A DNA stretch of 64,000 nt from Chloroflexota bacterium (GCA_005778035.1 SXKT01000014.1:9285-73284), one strand, 5' to 3'; positions 27,074-35,774 are shown, numbered from the stretch's first letter. Notes: generated from the letters alone by a model not told the origin. Numbers and translations: made by a program.

Positions 27074-27909
27074 TATTGTCTCCCATCCACCGAAATTTGT
27101 TTGCTAAAGGAATCCACTTTTTGGTTTTGTTCACGCATGATCTGTGCCAACTGATTGGTTTTCAGCGCCTCTTGTACCTTTGGATCACCATCCAACAAGC
27201 GGATGGCGATCCACCTTGGGTTGGGCACACCAGGGGCAGTTTGCTCGATGAGGGGGATCAGGCTTTCAACAGCTTGTTGGAATTCGGGCGTACCATGGAT
27301 GTGGATCGGTTTGGTCAGCGTTCGGCCTTCGATCACATCCGCGACGGTGGTCAGCAAGGTGCTAATGCCTTCGCCAGTGCGGGCGGTAATTGGCACAACC
27401 GGAACACCCAAGTCACGAGAAAGGCTGCGAGTATCTACTTCGATTCCCTTGCGTTTGGCCTCGTCCATTAGGTTTACTGCAACCACAACCTTTTCGGTGA
27501 TCTCCATGACCTGAATGGTAAGGTTCAGATTTCGTTCCAGCGCTGTCGCGTCTGTTACAACGATGGTACAGTCGGGATGGCCAAACAAAATAAAATTGCG
27601 GGCAACTTCCTCATCCTGTGAGGCGGAAAGGAGAGAATAGGTTCCGGGCAGGTCAACCAGTTTGTATTTTATGCCGTTGAACTGGTACCCACCTTCGGCG
27701 CGGGAGACGGTTTTACCTGGCCAGTTGCCGGTATGTTGGTTAAGCCCTGTAAGCGAGTTGAATACGGTAGATTTTCCGGTATTGGGGTTACCGGCGAGAG
27801 CGATGATCCGATCGAAATCTCCCGTTTTGATGCCCATTTGTTCCAACTGAGAAAAAGCCGGGCAATTCTCACAGTTGTCGAGAGGATTTTTTGGGTTTGG
27901 TTTGTTCAT
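27073..27909 (-). CDS. feoB: Ferrous iron transporter FeoB, GTPase + helical-domain polypeptide (split FeoB, part 1)
   Basis: G1 GNPNTGKST, G3 DLPGTYS, G4 NLMD. 278 aa, corresponding to the soluble NFeoB region. Confidence 0.88.
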   Translation of the reverse strand: MNKPNPKNPLDNCENCPAFSQLEQMGIKTGDFDRIIALAGNPNTGKSTVFNSLTGLNQHTGNWPGKTVSRAEGGYQFNGIKYKLVDLPGTYSLLSASQDEEVARNFILFGHPDCTIVVTDATALERNLNLTIQVMEITEKVVVAVNLMDEAKRKGIEVDTRSLSRDLGVPVVPITARTGEGISTLLTTVADVIEGRTLTKPIHIHGTPEFQQAVESLIPLIEQTAPGVPNPRWIAIRLLDGDPKVQEALKTNQLAQIMREQNQKVDSFSKQISVDGRQ

Positions 27910-28916
27910 ATAGTTTCCTGTAGCGTTACTTTTATTTGTTCAGCCTGGTTTTTACGTAAGGCGATCAGAGTACCGCGGATGCGGTAGGCACGGGGTTCGC
28001 CAAAAAAATTCTCCAATTCGGGGTAGATCTCAGCTCCCGGTGTAAGGCCCAGATCCAAAAATCGGCGCCGAGTAAACCCTTGGACAGTTTCATCCAAAGA
28101 AACGATCTTTGCCACTTGCCTTGGTTTTAATTGTGCCAGTGTTGGGTGGGTAGCGGCTATTTCGGCGTCTTCACTAACTGGCGCTACCTGAATATTGGCG
28201 GCAATAATTGGCGCGAGGCGATATTCGTTAATCCCGTCGCCAATCACAACCGAATCTTTGGTGCGGTCCAAAATGCGCACATGCATGCCCAGCCGCAAGC
28301 CGGTTGCCACAATCTGCTGATAGGCAATTTGGGGCTCGTCCTCGATCTCAATGATGCGGGCGGTTTTTGCTTGGGGCCATTCCGTAGCTGGCATTTTTTC
28401 GGTTTCTACGATCTTGCCACTGATGTTCGGGATGGGGTCTCCGTGGGGATCCCGAACCGGGAAGCCCATTTCGGCTTCCATTCGGTTCAACTGATCACTG
28501 GTTGTGTTGTGTTCAAGCCGGTGGGCTTCCCGATGAATTCGGTGTAGCGGCATTTTGGCTTCGTCCGCAAGATATTTTTCCCATAGGCGGTGGGCGCGAA
28601 TGACCCTCAACCCCAATTGTTCACCTGCCGGGGTCAAAGTAAGCTGCAAACCTTTCATGGCCAGCAACCCCTGCGATTCCATTTGGCCAACCAATTGCGA
28701 TGCCTTGGTGTGGGAAAGATGGAGCTTTCCGGCCAGGGATTCTATGGATGGGTTGTTGCCGAGATATTGCCGTTCGATCAGGAATTTGAGGGCGTCTTCG
28801 GTTAATTCCTTTTGTAGCCGTTGCCGCATGGCGCTGAAAGTTGCCAACAGGCCATACCGTGGCACCAATATCGCGATCAGAAGAACTGTTGCGAGGAGAA
28901 CGAGGGAAATATTCAT
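27906..28916 (-). CDS. Membrane-anchored DtxR-family regulator fused to two FeoA domains
   Basis: N-terminal TM helix (ISLVLLATVLLIAILV). DtxR wHTH and metal/dimerisation domain (RAHRLWEKYL, HREAHRLEH). Two FeoA/SH3-like modules follow (..ARIIEIEDEP..GMHVRIL.. and ..AKIVSLDE..GLTPGAEI..). Confidence 0.75.
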   Translation of the reverse strand: MNISLVLLATVLLIAILVPRYGLLATFSAMRQRLQKELTEDALKFLIERQYLGNNPSIESLAGKLHLSHTKASQLVGQMESQGLLAMKGLQLTLTPAGEQLGLRVIRAHRLWEKYLADEAKMPLHRIHREAHRLEHNTTSDQLNRMEAEMGFPVRDPHGDPIPNISGKIVETEKMPATEWPQAKTARIIEIEDEPQIAYQQIVATGLRLGMHVRILDRTKDSVVIGDGINEYRLAPIIAANIQVAPVSEDAEIAATHPTLAQLKPRQVAKIVSLDETVQGFTRRRFLDLGLTPGAEIYPELENFFGEPRAYRIRGTLIALRKNQAEQIKVTLQETI

Positions 28917-29599
28917 CAGGAGTCCATTTTCTTGACATAGATCTTGGAAGTTATTGGCAAGCCGACTACATGAGACGCATTGCCATCATTTACGGTGACC
29001 ATCAAATTTCCATCAAACGGGGAATGATTGAGAACAGTTACTTTACTGCCCGGCGTAAAGCCGATGGAAGACAAATAGCGCAACAAGCCGGGGTCTGAAT
29101 CGGGTACTTGCAAAATTGTGGCATACTGACCAGTGGTAAGGCTTGCCAAGGTATGTTCGTAAAATGGCGGCATGGCAAGGGCAGATGTCGGGATCGGTTC
29201 TCCGTGCGGCGAATGACTGGGTTCTCCCAGCATTGAGGCAATGCGAGCCTCAAATTCATCGCTTACGATGTGCTCCATGCGGCAGGCTTCCTCGTGAACC
29301 ATATCCCAGCTGTAGCCCAAAACCTTGACCAAAAAGGTTTCAATCAATCGGTGGCGACGAATGACCTTGAGAGCCATTTTTCCACCGGCAGGCGTAAGCC
29401 TTACCCCCTGGTATTTTTGGTGATCTACCAAGGGGGGCTCCAATTTTGCCATCTTGTTGATCATTTCGGAAACGGTACCAGGACGCAGGTCCAGGCGTTC
29501 CGCGAGGGTATTGGTGTTGGCAGGCTGGCCGTTTTGGGTTAAATTATAGATATGTTTCAGGTAGTCCTGAATGGTTTGGTTGGGGATTAACTGGTCCAT
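28916..29599 (-). CDS. DtxR/IdeR family iron-dependent transcriptional repressor
   Basis: 227 aa. HTH N-terminus. Metal-site contexts RRHRLIETFL and HEEACRMEH (a His/Glu/Cys/Glu/His pattern as in DtxR). C-terminal SH3/FeoA-like domain. Confidence 0.85.
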   Translation of the reverse strand: MDQLIPNQTIQDYLKHIYNLTQNGQPANTNTLAERLDLRPGTVSEMINKMAKLEPPLVDHQKYQGVRLTPAGGKMALKVIRRHRLIETFLVKVLGYSWDMVHEEACRMEHIVSDEFEARIASMLGEPSHSPHGEPIPTSALAMPPFYEHTLASLTTGQYATILQVPDSDPGLLRYLSSIGFTPGSKVTVLNHSPFDGNLMVTVNDGNASHVVGLPITSKIYVKKMDS

Positions 29600-29610
29600 A
29601 AAAATAATAT

Positions 29611-29629
29611 TTAGGTTATCCTAAATTAA
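29611..29629. promoter_or_regulatory. DtxR/IdeR operator (iron box)
   Basis: TTAGGTTATCCTAAATTAA matches the 19-bp DtxR consensus TTAGGTTAGCCTAACCTAA at 16 of 19 positions. It lies 12 nt upstream of the dtxR-like start codon and abuts the -10 hexamer. Confidence 0.75.
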
Positions 29630-29656
29630 TTATAAGATAATCCAAAAAAAGGTCAA
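29629..29656 (-). promoter_or_regulatory. Sigma70-type promoter of the dtxR-feo operon
   Basis: Minus strand reads TTGACC, then a 16-nt spacer, then TATAAT. The iron box follows immediately. Confidence 0.6.
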
Positions 29657-29682
29657 GTACCAATAATAAACTTGGAGGCCCA

Positions 29683-30726
29683 ATGATCGAGATTGAACGC
29701 GGTTTTATGTTGAATTTGCTTGCCGAGCTGCTGAATGAACATTCTCCCACCGGTTATACCGAAAAAGCGCTTGGTTTATTGCGTCGACAGATGCTAATTT
29801 TTCCTTTCCTTGAATTTTCAACGACCCGCAAGGGCGCCTTGCTGGCGACATGGAAAGTAGATGGCAGCAGCCGGCCCAAAGCGGTAACGGCGCATATGGA
29901 CACCCTTGGAGCGATGGTGAAGGAGATCCGGGCGAATGGGCGGCTTTCGATCAGCAAGATCGGCGGATTGCAGTTGAACGCTGTGGAGGCAGAAGGGTGT
30001 TGGGTTGTTGCCTCATCCGGCAGGCTTATTCGGGGTAGTTTGCTCTTTGAAGATGCCTCCTCTCATGTGCATGGCGCCAAGGTTAGTGAAACCGTGCGAA
30101 GTGAAAAGAACATGGAAGTTCGGCTTGATGAGATGGTATTTACGGCGGATGAAACCAAGGCTCTGGGTGTCTCTGTAGGCGATTTTATCTGTTTTGATCC
30201 CCGCGTGGAGATCACCAATGGATTTGTACGCTCCAGATTTTTGGATGACAAGGCGTGCGTGGCCAGTGTTGTCGCGGCGATAAAAGCACTTGCTGACGCA
30301 GGCAAGGAACCGGCGCAGACCACTACATTTCATTTCAGCAATTATGAAGAGGTAGGTCATGGCGCGTCGGCAGGGATACCATCGGATGTGGTTGAACTGC
30401 TTACTGTAGATATGGCGGCGGTCGGCGCTGGACAAGAGTCGGATGAGTTGAATGTAACCCTTTGCGTAAAAGACAGTGGTGGACCGTACCATTATGGGCT
30501 GAACAACAAACTAAAGGATTTGGCAAAAGCAAATGGCATACCGTACAAGACGGATATTTACCCTTATTACGGGTCTGATGGAGAAGCCTTTTGGCGTGCA
30601 GGTGGTGATGTCGCTGTCTCATTGATCGGTCCTGGCGTGGATGCCTCGCATGGTTACGAGCGCACCCACTCCAATGCTTTGGTGAACACCGCCGCATGGG
30701 TGGCTGCTTTTTTGATGGACGCATAG
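29683..30726 (+). CDS. M42 family metallopeptidase (glutamyl aminopeptidase-like)
   Basis: 347 aa. Metal-ligand contexts HMDTLG, NYEEVGHG and DASHGYE. Confidence 0.8.
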   Translation: MIEIERGFMLNLLAELLNEHSPTGYTEKALGLLRRQMLIFPFLEFSTTRKGALLATWKVDGSSRPKAVTAHMDTLGAMVKEIRANGRLSISKIGGLQLNAVEAEGCWVVASSGRLIRGSLLFEDASSHVHGAKVSETVRSEKNMEVRLDEMVFTADETKALGVSVGDFICFDPRVEITNGFVRSRFLDDKACVASVVAAIKALADAGKEPAQTTTFHFSNYEEVGHGASAGIPSDVVELLTVDMAAVGAGQESDELNVTLCVKDSGGPYHYGLNNKLKDLAKANGIPYKTDIYPYYGSDGEAFWRAGGDVAVSLIGPGVDASHGYERTHSNALVNTAAWVAAFLMDA

Positions 30727-30727
30727 T

Positions 30728-31762
30728 ATGAAGATCGACGCGATCTTGGGAAATGCCACGTTGGCTGATGTGCCCAACATCGCCAGGGCAGCCGAGAAAG
30801 CCGGGTTTGATGGCCTTTGGAGCCAGGAAACCGACCATGATCCATTTTTGCCGCATACGCTGATCGCAGAACACACCAAGAGGCTCCAAAGTGGGACCTC
30901 GATCGCAGTGGCATTTAGCCGCTCGCCCATGAATCTGGCTTATAGCGCCTGGGATCTGGCTCGGTTTTCAGGTGGGCGGTTTGTTTTGGGCCTTGGCACA
31001 CAGGTAAAGGCGCATATCGAACGTCGTTTTGGGATGCCGTGGCCGCGGCAGCCGATACGGCAGTTTAGAGAGATGGTGCAGGCCATCAGGGCGGTTTGGC
31101 AATGCTGGCAAGGCGGAGAAAGGCTTGCCTTCCGTGGGGAATACTATCGGCTGGGATTGATGACGCCATTTTTCACCCCGGCACCTTTGGTGGGGGCGCT
31201 TCCGCGCATTTACCTTAGCGGGGTAGGGCATTCTATGGCCCAATTGGCAGGCGAGGTTGGGGATGGTTTCTTCATCCACCCGTTCCATACCGCGGAGTCC
31301 TTGCGGCAGATCACACTTCCTGCTATTTGTACCGGGCAGGCCAGATCGGTTTTGGATGGCAACCATTTTGAAAGAGCGGCAACCGTATTTGTGGCAACCA
31401 GCCAGAAAAAATTGGAACAAGTACGCAAACAAATTTCTTTTTATGCATCTACTCCCAGTTATTCATCGGTGATGGCATTGCATGGTTACCAGGAAAATGC
31501 CCAAAGGTTGGCCAAGCTTGCCGGTCGTGGCAAATGGGAGGAAATGCCGGATTTGATCCCGGATGCTTTTTTGGAGCATGTGTGTGTTTATGGGGAAGAT
31601 GAAACAAGTTTGGCAAACAACATCCTTGCCCGATATGGCGGATTGGTAGAGCGGGTGTCTTTGTATTTGCCAATGACCGGCAGCACGGCTGATACCTTCA
31701 ATTGGAATGTATTCGTGCAAACGATCAAAGGTCAGGCTGGTCCACCGGCCGAGCACGTTTGA
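30728..31762 (+). CDS. Luciferase-like monooxygenase (LLM) class, probable F420-dependent oxidoreductase
   Basis: MKIDAILG..AEKAGFDGLWSQETDHDPFLP N-terminus and the 344-aa length are typical of LLM/F420 family members. Confidence 0.75.
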   Translation: MKIDAILGNATLADVPNIARAAEKAGFDGLWSQETDHDPFLPHTLIAEHTKRLQSGTSIAVAFSRSPMNLAYSAWDLARFSGGRFVLGLGTQVKAHIERRFGMPWPRQPIRQFREMVQAIRAVWQCWQGGERLAFRGEYYRLGLMTPFFTPAPLVGALPRIYLSGVGHSMAQLAGEVGDGFFIHPFHTAESLRQITLPAICTGQARSVLDGNHFERAATVFVATSQKKLEQVRKQISFYASTPSYSSVMALHGYQENAQRLAKLAGRGKWEEMPDLIPDAFLEHVCVYGEDETSLANNILARYGGLVERVSLYLPMTGSTADTFNWNVFVQTIKGQAGPPAEHV

Positions 31763-32948
31763 TCAGCGGCAAGGCCGGTGAGAGTAACAAACCGGCAAAG
31801 GCGATGGCAACCTTGATCGAGAGCAACGAGATGGCCGCGGCTATCGGGCCGCTGCCCACCTGGCCGATGGCATCTACCTGGCCGGACATTGACAAGATGG
31901 TGGCACGAACATTGGGTGGCAATTTGGAGTTGATCCATGCATTATAAAAAGGGCCGATGATATTGCGGCTGGCAGAGACTGCCATAAACAGCAATGCGGA
32001 CAAGCTTAACCACGGTGAAAATGCAAAAAGGAGGATCGAAATCGCCAGGATGCTGGTAGCCGTGAAAAGAGTGGATGTTACCGCTGAAGGGTTATTAACA
32101 TTTGCCCGTCTTTCAACCACGGATGTAACCAAAATGGAGCCAAGGATGGCGATAGCACGCAAAATGCCGATAAATCCAACAGCGCTTAATCCGGTAAGGA
32201 CAGATATATCAAACGTAGTGAGCAAATGTTTTACCCATAACCGGTCCCAACCTTCTGAGTACAAGCCATATACGAAGCCAACGCTGAGAATGGTCAATAA
32301 TTTTGGATTGATCTTGATGGTGTTCAACCCCTCGCGAAAGATGGCGAGTGCGTGCTGCCAGGTGTTGCGGTCTTCAGGCTTGGTGGAGGAAAATCCGTTT
32401 TCCGGCATCAACCAGACCAGGCTGAGAGAGAAAAGCATCAACAATACACTTCCACTGACCAGCGGGATAACAGCGTTGCTGTAACCAATAGCGGTGGCAA
32501 TGGCCAATCCAACCAGACCGCCCATTTGGTCAAATTTGTTGCTATTCAACACCACCTGGTTAGCTTCTTGCTCTCCGATCTCATCTGAGATCCAGGCAAT
32601 GGTTGCGCCACTCGTAAACGTGAACCCCAAACCAGCCACCACTTGGGCCAACAAAATGGGCAAAAACGCTGGCAGCAGACCTTCGATCAAAAAGCCGGTG
32701 CCGATCAGGAAAAGGCCCAAAATAATGGATAGTTTTCGGGAACGGGTATCTGCCAATACGCCGGTGGGAACCTCGAACAATAAGATTGAGACTTCGAGGG
32801 CGGTACCGATCAAAACCAGCTGATACCCTGCCAAATTGGCAATGGTTGCCTCATAAATTGAAGTAACCATAAAAATCATCGAAAAGAGCATCGACGAGGT
32901 GAATGACAGGATGTAATAGACCAGCCTTGCATCGGCTGGCTTGATCAT
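31725..32948 (-). CDS. MFS transporter
   Basis: Highly hydrophobic, about 12 TM segments. Start placed at ATG 32948 (ATGA overlap with the HAD stop); ATG 32960 is also possible. The 3' end overlaps the convergent LLM gene by 38 nt. Confidence 0.8.
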   Translation of the reverse strand: MIKPADARLVYYILSFTSSMLFSMIFMVTSIYEATIANLAGYQLVLIGTALEVSILLFEVPTGVLADTRSRKLSIILGLFLIGTGFLIEGLLPAFLPILLAQVVAGLGFTFTSGATIAWISDEIGEQEANQVVLNSNKFDQMGGLVGLAIATAIGYSNAVIPLVSGSVLLMLFSLSLVWLMPENGFSSTKPEDRNTWQHALAIFREGLNTIKINPKLLTILSVGFVYGLYSEGWDRLWVKHLLTTFDISVLTGLSAVGFIGILRAIAILGSILVTSVVERRANVNNPSAVTSTLFTATSILAISILLFAFSPWLSLSALLFMAVSASRNIIGPFYNAWINSKLPPNVRATILSMSGQVDAIGQVGSGPIAAAISLLSIKVAIAFAGLLLSPALPLIKRARPVDQPDL

Positions 32949-33547
32949 TCCGTGCCGCATGAATTGTGGATCTGGTCCAAGGTGGTGTGGGAATCCTTGA
33001 ACAGAATTCCCTTCATGCCCAGGTTATTGGCAGCGTCGATGTTTTTTTGGACATCATCCACAAAGATACTTTCTTTGGGCAGAACCCCTAACTTTTCCAT
33101 GGCAAATTGGTAAATTCGAGGATCTGGTTTGGCAAAACCGGCTTCAGCCGAGATAACCATATGGTCGAAGGCGTCATCGAACTTTTCGCGCAGAATCCAG
33201 GGTCGCAAGCCACTCCATGCATTGCTGATGAGGCCGGTTTTATACGTTCCACGGCTTTGGCGTAAGAAATTTACCAATTCCATATCCAATACATCCCCCG
33301 CAAAAAAAGTATCGCGCAGTCGGGGCATATGAGAAGCGTCCAACCCTAAGCGCCGGGTGACATCCATCCAATGCTCATCCTCGCTAATGCGGCCGATCGA
33401 AGCCAATTTTGAGGACTGGCTTTCAAAAACGAAGCTATCGATCTGGTCGTAGGTCATTCCAAATTCTTGGCCGAGCTTCTCGCGGATCGAACGGTTTTGG
33501 GTGCGCAGTAACACCCCGCCGAGGTCAAAAAAAAGCGCTTTGATCAT
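32945..33547 (-). CDS. HAD family hydrolase (subfamily IA)
   Basis: Motif I MIKALFFDLGGVL. Motif IV context FVDDVQKNIDAA. Confidence 0.85.
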   Translation of the reverse strand: MIKALFFDLGGVLLRTQNRSIREKLGQEFGMTYDQIDSFVFESQSSKLASIGRISEDEHWMDVTRRLGLDASHMPRLRDTFFAGDVLDMELVNFLRQSRGTYKTGLISNAWSGLRPWILREKFDDAFDHMVISAEAGFAKPDPRIYQFAMEKLGVLPKESIFVDDVQKNIDAANNLGMKGILFKDSHTTLDQIHNSCGTE

Positions 33548-33577
33548 GGTTGCTCCTGTGTTTTGGACGATGCGAAG

Positions 33578-34558
33578 TTAAGTATCCGCTGGTTCAATGC
33601 CATCTCTTAATTGTTTTTCGAAGATCACATATTCGTTTGCCATCGTCATACCTGCTTTTTTATACAGGCGGGTCGCGCCGGTGGGGTTGGCAGCATCCAC
33701 CGACAGGCCCGCATTGCTGAGCCCTCTTTGCCTGAACAAATTAAAGGAGGATTGCAACAATGCCAATCCAAGCCCGCGTTTCCTCCAGGCGCGCCGAACT
33801 CCCAGGGTGCCCACCCAACCGATCCCGTGTTTTTCACGGTTGAGGGCATAACCAGCAATTTCGTTTCCATCCCAGGCAACCAGCCACATTGTTGGATCGA
33901 AAGATTTAAAACCGCGCACATTGTTTACCCAGTATTCGTAAGGGCGGGTTGTATGGCCCCAATGGTCCTTGAACGCATCGTGATGGGCCAAATACAATTG
34001 GTGATCTTGTGAGTCAACATCAAAGGGACGTAACTCGAGCCCTTCAGGAATAGGAGCAGAATGATCGGGGATCGTGCCAAGGTCGATCTCCATTCGCCAA
34101 TGGTAGCGCACCAATGAGAATCCAGCAGCTTGGTGTATGTCTGTCGCGTTGGTCTCGTTGCTGCCAACCCCGTTTCGGATGTAGACCCGCATGCCTTCTT
34201 TGGCAAGTGGCAGCTCTTGTTGCGCACGGGCAACCAGTGCTGCAAGCATGGCGGAGCCAATACCCAAATTGTAATAACCAGGGTAAACATACCCATCACC
34301 GCCGAGTACGCAATGCTCGTGGCGGTTTATAAACTCCTCTGTACCAACGATCTTGCCTGAAGGATCGGTTACCACCCAGCAATCTCGGCTAAGGTCAAAG
34401 CCGGCGGTTTTCCATTCGGTGGCAAGGTCATCCTTTGATACAGCCATTTCGGCGTCACCAAATTCAACACATGCGGCATAGATCAAATTCCGAACACCTT
34501 CCAAGTCTTCCCAGGTTGCATTTCGCAACGTAAAGCCGTCTGGCAGACCATTATTCAT
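33578..34558 (-). CDS. Double-GNAT acetyltransferase (mycothiol synthase-like architecture)
   Basis: Two tandem GNAT modules with acetyl-CoA loops (..GYYNLGIGSAML.. and ..RRAWRKRGLGLALL..). Start set at ATG 34558; ATG 34576 and ATG 34618 are alternatives. Confidence 0.75.
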   Translation of the reverse strand: MNNGLPDGFTLRNATWEDLEGVRNLIYAACVEFGDAEMAVSKDDLATEWKTAGFDLSRDCWVVTDPSGKIVGTEEFINRHEHCVLGGDGYVYPGYYNLGIGSAMLAALVARAQQELPLAKEGMRVYIRNGVGSNETNATDIHQAAGFSLVRYHWRMEIDLGTIPDHSAPIPEGLELRPFDVDSQDHQLYLAHHDAFKDHWGHTTRPYEYWVNNVRGFKSFDPTMWLVAWDGNEIAGYALNREKHGIGWVGTLGVRRAWRKRGLGLALLQSSFNLFRQRGLSNAGLSVDAANPTGATRLYKKAGMTMANEYVIFEKQLRDGIEPADT

Positions 34559-35108
34559 GTTTTTTTCTCCATTCATCAGCCAAAATCCCCATCCAAACCA
34601 TATCCCAACGTTGTCCATCGCGCCGTAACGCGCCTTTGGATACAGCCTCGGTTATGAAGCCGGCTTTTTCGTACGAGCGAATGGCCCGGGTATTGTAGCC
34701 AAAAACATTTAGGGTAACCCTGTGCAAGCCCAATTCCATAAATGCGTAACGCAAGATCACACGCATCGCATCGGTGCCATAGCCTTTCCCCCAATGGTCG
34801 GGATCGCCGATTCCAATGCCAACGAAGGCATCTCCGTGGGTGCGCATGTTTCCCTCAAGGCCGACAGTGCCGATCAATTTACCGGCATCCAAGGTTTGGA
34901 TGTTGAATTCAAACTCCAGCCAATCATTGAGGTGTTTTTCCATCCATTGCTGGTTGGCTTTGGCACTGTGCAGTTTGGCGGGGCCGGAATCCAACAAGCG
35001 CAGATATTCACTGTTTTGCCGCCATTTTGCCCAGTTCTTGCTGTCTCGTTCCGGGTCCAATTCTACAAGGCGCACTTGGTTTCCGGTGAGTATGTTCGTA
35101 TCTAACAT
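34551..35108 (-). CDS. GNAT family N-acetyltransferase (RimJ/RimL-like)
   Basis: Start at ATG 35108 (MLDTNILTGNQVRLVELD). Acetyl-CoA loop HWGKGYGTDA. Paralogous to the upstream GNAT. Confidence 0.8.
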   Translation of the reverse strand: MLDTNILTGNQVRLVELDPERDSKNWAKWRQNSEYLRLLDSGPAKLHSAKANQQWMEKHLNDWLEFEFNIQTLDAGKLIGTVGLEGNMRTHGDAFVGIGIGDPDHWGKGYGTDAMRVILRYAFMELGLHRVTLNVFGYNTRAIRSYEKAGFITEAVSKGALRRDGQRWDMVWMGILADEWRKKHE

Positions 35109-35112
35109 GGCG

Positions 35113-35661
35113 CTACCTGGCCTTTCCGAAAAGGTGAAGGTCCCAGCGGACCATGTCTCTGTAGATCGCTTCTCGTAATTGCCCTTCGGGCAAAAAGCCA
35201 TTTTTAACGACCAATGCAATGGCGGCAACATTATATTCGGGGACCTTACACGATAACCGCTCAAGGTTAAGTTCATCGAACGCAAAGCGAGTGGCCATGG
35301 ATAAAATCTCTGTGCCAAAGCCACAGCGGTGGTTGGCAGGATCGCCAATTCCCAATAGGACAGCGGCTGAACGGTTGGACCAGGAAATTGAATTGATCTG
35401 GCAAAAGCCGATCAGGCTGTTATCGATGGCAAGCCGGACCTGAAAATGAAACAGGTCCTTGTCTTCCTCGCATGCTTTTTCAATCTCTTCATATTGTTTT
35501 TTGACCTGCACGGATGCTTGTGGTTTCATCGGTTGGATGTATTGCATTCGCATAAATTCCGGGTTGTGGGTCCAGCTGGCTTCTACCACCGAATCTGCTT
35601 CGTGGTCAAAACCAGTAAAAAGGACCTTGTTTCCTCTATATAATTCAGTATCGATCGACAT
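35113..35661 (-). CDS. GNAT family N-acetyltransferase (RimJ/RimL-like)
   Basis: MSIDTELYRGNKVLFTGFD.. Start at ATG 35661, or alternatively 35685. Collinear similarity to the 34551-35108 product. Confidence 0.75.
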   Translation of the reverse strand: MSIDTELYRGNKVLFTGFDHEADSVVEASWTHNPEFMRMQYIQPMKPQASVQVKKQYEEIEKACEEDKDLFHFQVRLAIDNSLIGFCQINSISWSNRSAAVLLGIGDPANHRCGFGTEILSMATRFAFDELNLERLSCKVPEYNVAAIALVVKNGFLPEGQLREAIYRDMVRWDLHLFGKAR

Positions 35662-35774
35662 AACACCCTTGGTTCCAAATGCCAATTGGATTTGATAAAA
35701 TGATGGTGCGGTTAGGGTAGTGTATCACCGCCAAAAAAGAGGGTCAAGAAGGTACATGCCTTACGGAGGGATGT

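Noticed and set aside
25673-27909. Split feoB interpreted as a decaying pseudogene.
   Set aside because: This is not adopted as the primary call. Both parts are full length with intact motifs, the break is at the domain boundary, and the stop and start overlap (TAATG). A frameshift or sequencing artefact cannot be excluded without comparison, so the split is listed as a finding instead.
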